From contig NC_043018.1 of the NCBI RefSeq assembly GCF_006345805.1, forward strand, positions 5,766,001 through 5,830,000: a DNA stretch of 64,000 bases, written 5' to 3'. The notes beneath the pieces are model-generated. The model was not told the origin of the DNA, ran no database searches, and saw only the letters and a program-made list of their open reading frames with translations. Below, piece after piece: positions 63,059 through 64,000 of the stretch. Source of the stretch: Octopus sinensis. Its lineage: Eukaryota. The stretch's first letter is position 1, and each line of letters opens with the position of its first letter. The translations under genes and the position numbers were made by a program.

Positions 63059-63715
63059 GGATCTTTTCGGTTTGAACGGCAGTTTTTAACATAATTTCTA
63101 GGTAACAAATATCTTACAATCTATAGAATTTTCTCAATAAAGCCAAGAGAAAAATATGTTTTATAAACACATTCTACCAGTATACGAAGTTGAAAAGTGT
63201 TTAGTTACATGGAAATTATTTTAAAATCTGCCGTTCAAACCGAAAACGATGGACATATTCATACGGCACAGAATGTAGTTTACCTCAATGGAGGTCATTG
63301 ATTGGTTGAAATTGCAGAAATTGAAGAAAAAAAATAACAAATATCTTACAAACTATAGAATTTTCTCAATAAAGCCAAGAGAAAAAGATGTTTTATAAAC
63401 ACATTCTACCAGTATACGAAGTTGAAAAGTGTTTAGTTACATGGAAATTATTTTAAAATCTGCCGTTCAAACCGAAAACGATGGACATATTCATACGGCA
63501 CAGAATGTTGTTTACCTCAATGGAGGTCATTGATTGGTTGAAATTGCAGAAATTGAAGAAAAAAAATAACAAATATCTTACAAACTATAGAATTTTCTCA
63601 ATAAAGCCAAGAGAAAAAGATGTTTTATAAACACATTCTACCAGTATACGAAATTAAAATTTTTTTAGTTACGTGGAAATTATTTAAAAAACTGCCGGTC
63701 AAACCGAAAATATCC
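63059..63715. mobile_element. GGATCTTTTCGG-TIR MITE copy with internal 232-bp tandem duplication
   Basis: Same TIRs; gatggacatattcatacggc recurs at 63248 and 63480. Confidence 0.78.
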
Positions 63716-63750
63716 GCAAAACATTAAGAGTGGATAAACCCCGGTCTTAA

Positions 63751-64000
63751 TCTATATATATAAAACTGTAGTTGTGTGAGTGTCTGTCCCTTTCGATTTA
63801 GATTCCTAACTCCTCTTATAGTCGTGATTAATATCGCGCGTCTACGATGAGTCTACGATTTTAAAAATAATTTAACATAATTTTTTATTCCATTTTAATG
63901 CATAATTTTTCGTGTGTCGATGGCGGCGGAGTTGGCGTCCATGGTCACACCTGCACCTGTTTGCTTCTCCCCCTTCTTCCCTCCCTCGTGAAGTTGTGGG
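63751..64000 (+). mobile_element. Non-autonomous Helitron, 5' part (runs off window)
   Basis: A|TCTATATATATAAAAC start; reverse-complement homolog of 62060-62419. Confidence 0.75.

Overview
AT-rich, microsatellite- and retroposon-dense animal genomic DNA. The tRNA-derived SINEs with internal (TA)n tracts and RTE LINEs with (GAT)n tails point to an octopod cephalopod (inference). All host genes lie on the minus strand. (1) Exons 1-6 of a heparanase (GH79) gene run from 21070 to 852; I reconstructed them by hand with consistent splice phases, both catalytic Glu motifs are present, and the gene continues off the left edge. (2) Two tandem, intact, divergent eIF3e/INT6 paralogs each have only two coding exons split by one phase-0 intron at the same codon: copy B 56561-49233 (440 aa) and copy A 39095-27948 (442 aa). 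Copy A's terminal exon is present twice (second copy 27275-26763). The remainder is transposon-derived: RTE and CR1 LINE remnants (one RTE family carries a PHD finger after the RT core), several SINE families, Helitron-type elements, maT/hAT/piggyBac/Merlin-like DNA elements, palindromes and (TA)n-bounded tandem duplications. A ~205-bp repeat carries a minimal type I hammerhead ribozyme motif. The most promising leads are the intron-poor eIF3e paralog cluster (hypervariable N-terminal region, near-constant PCI exon), the hammerhead-bearing repeat, and a stray inverted fragment of heparanase exon 6 inside a SINE.
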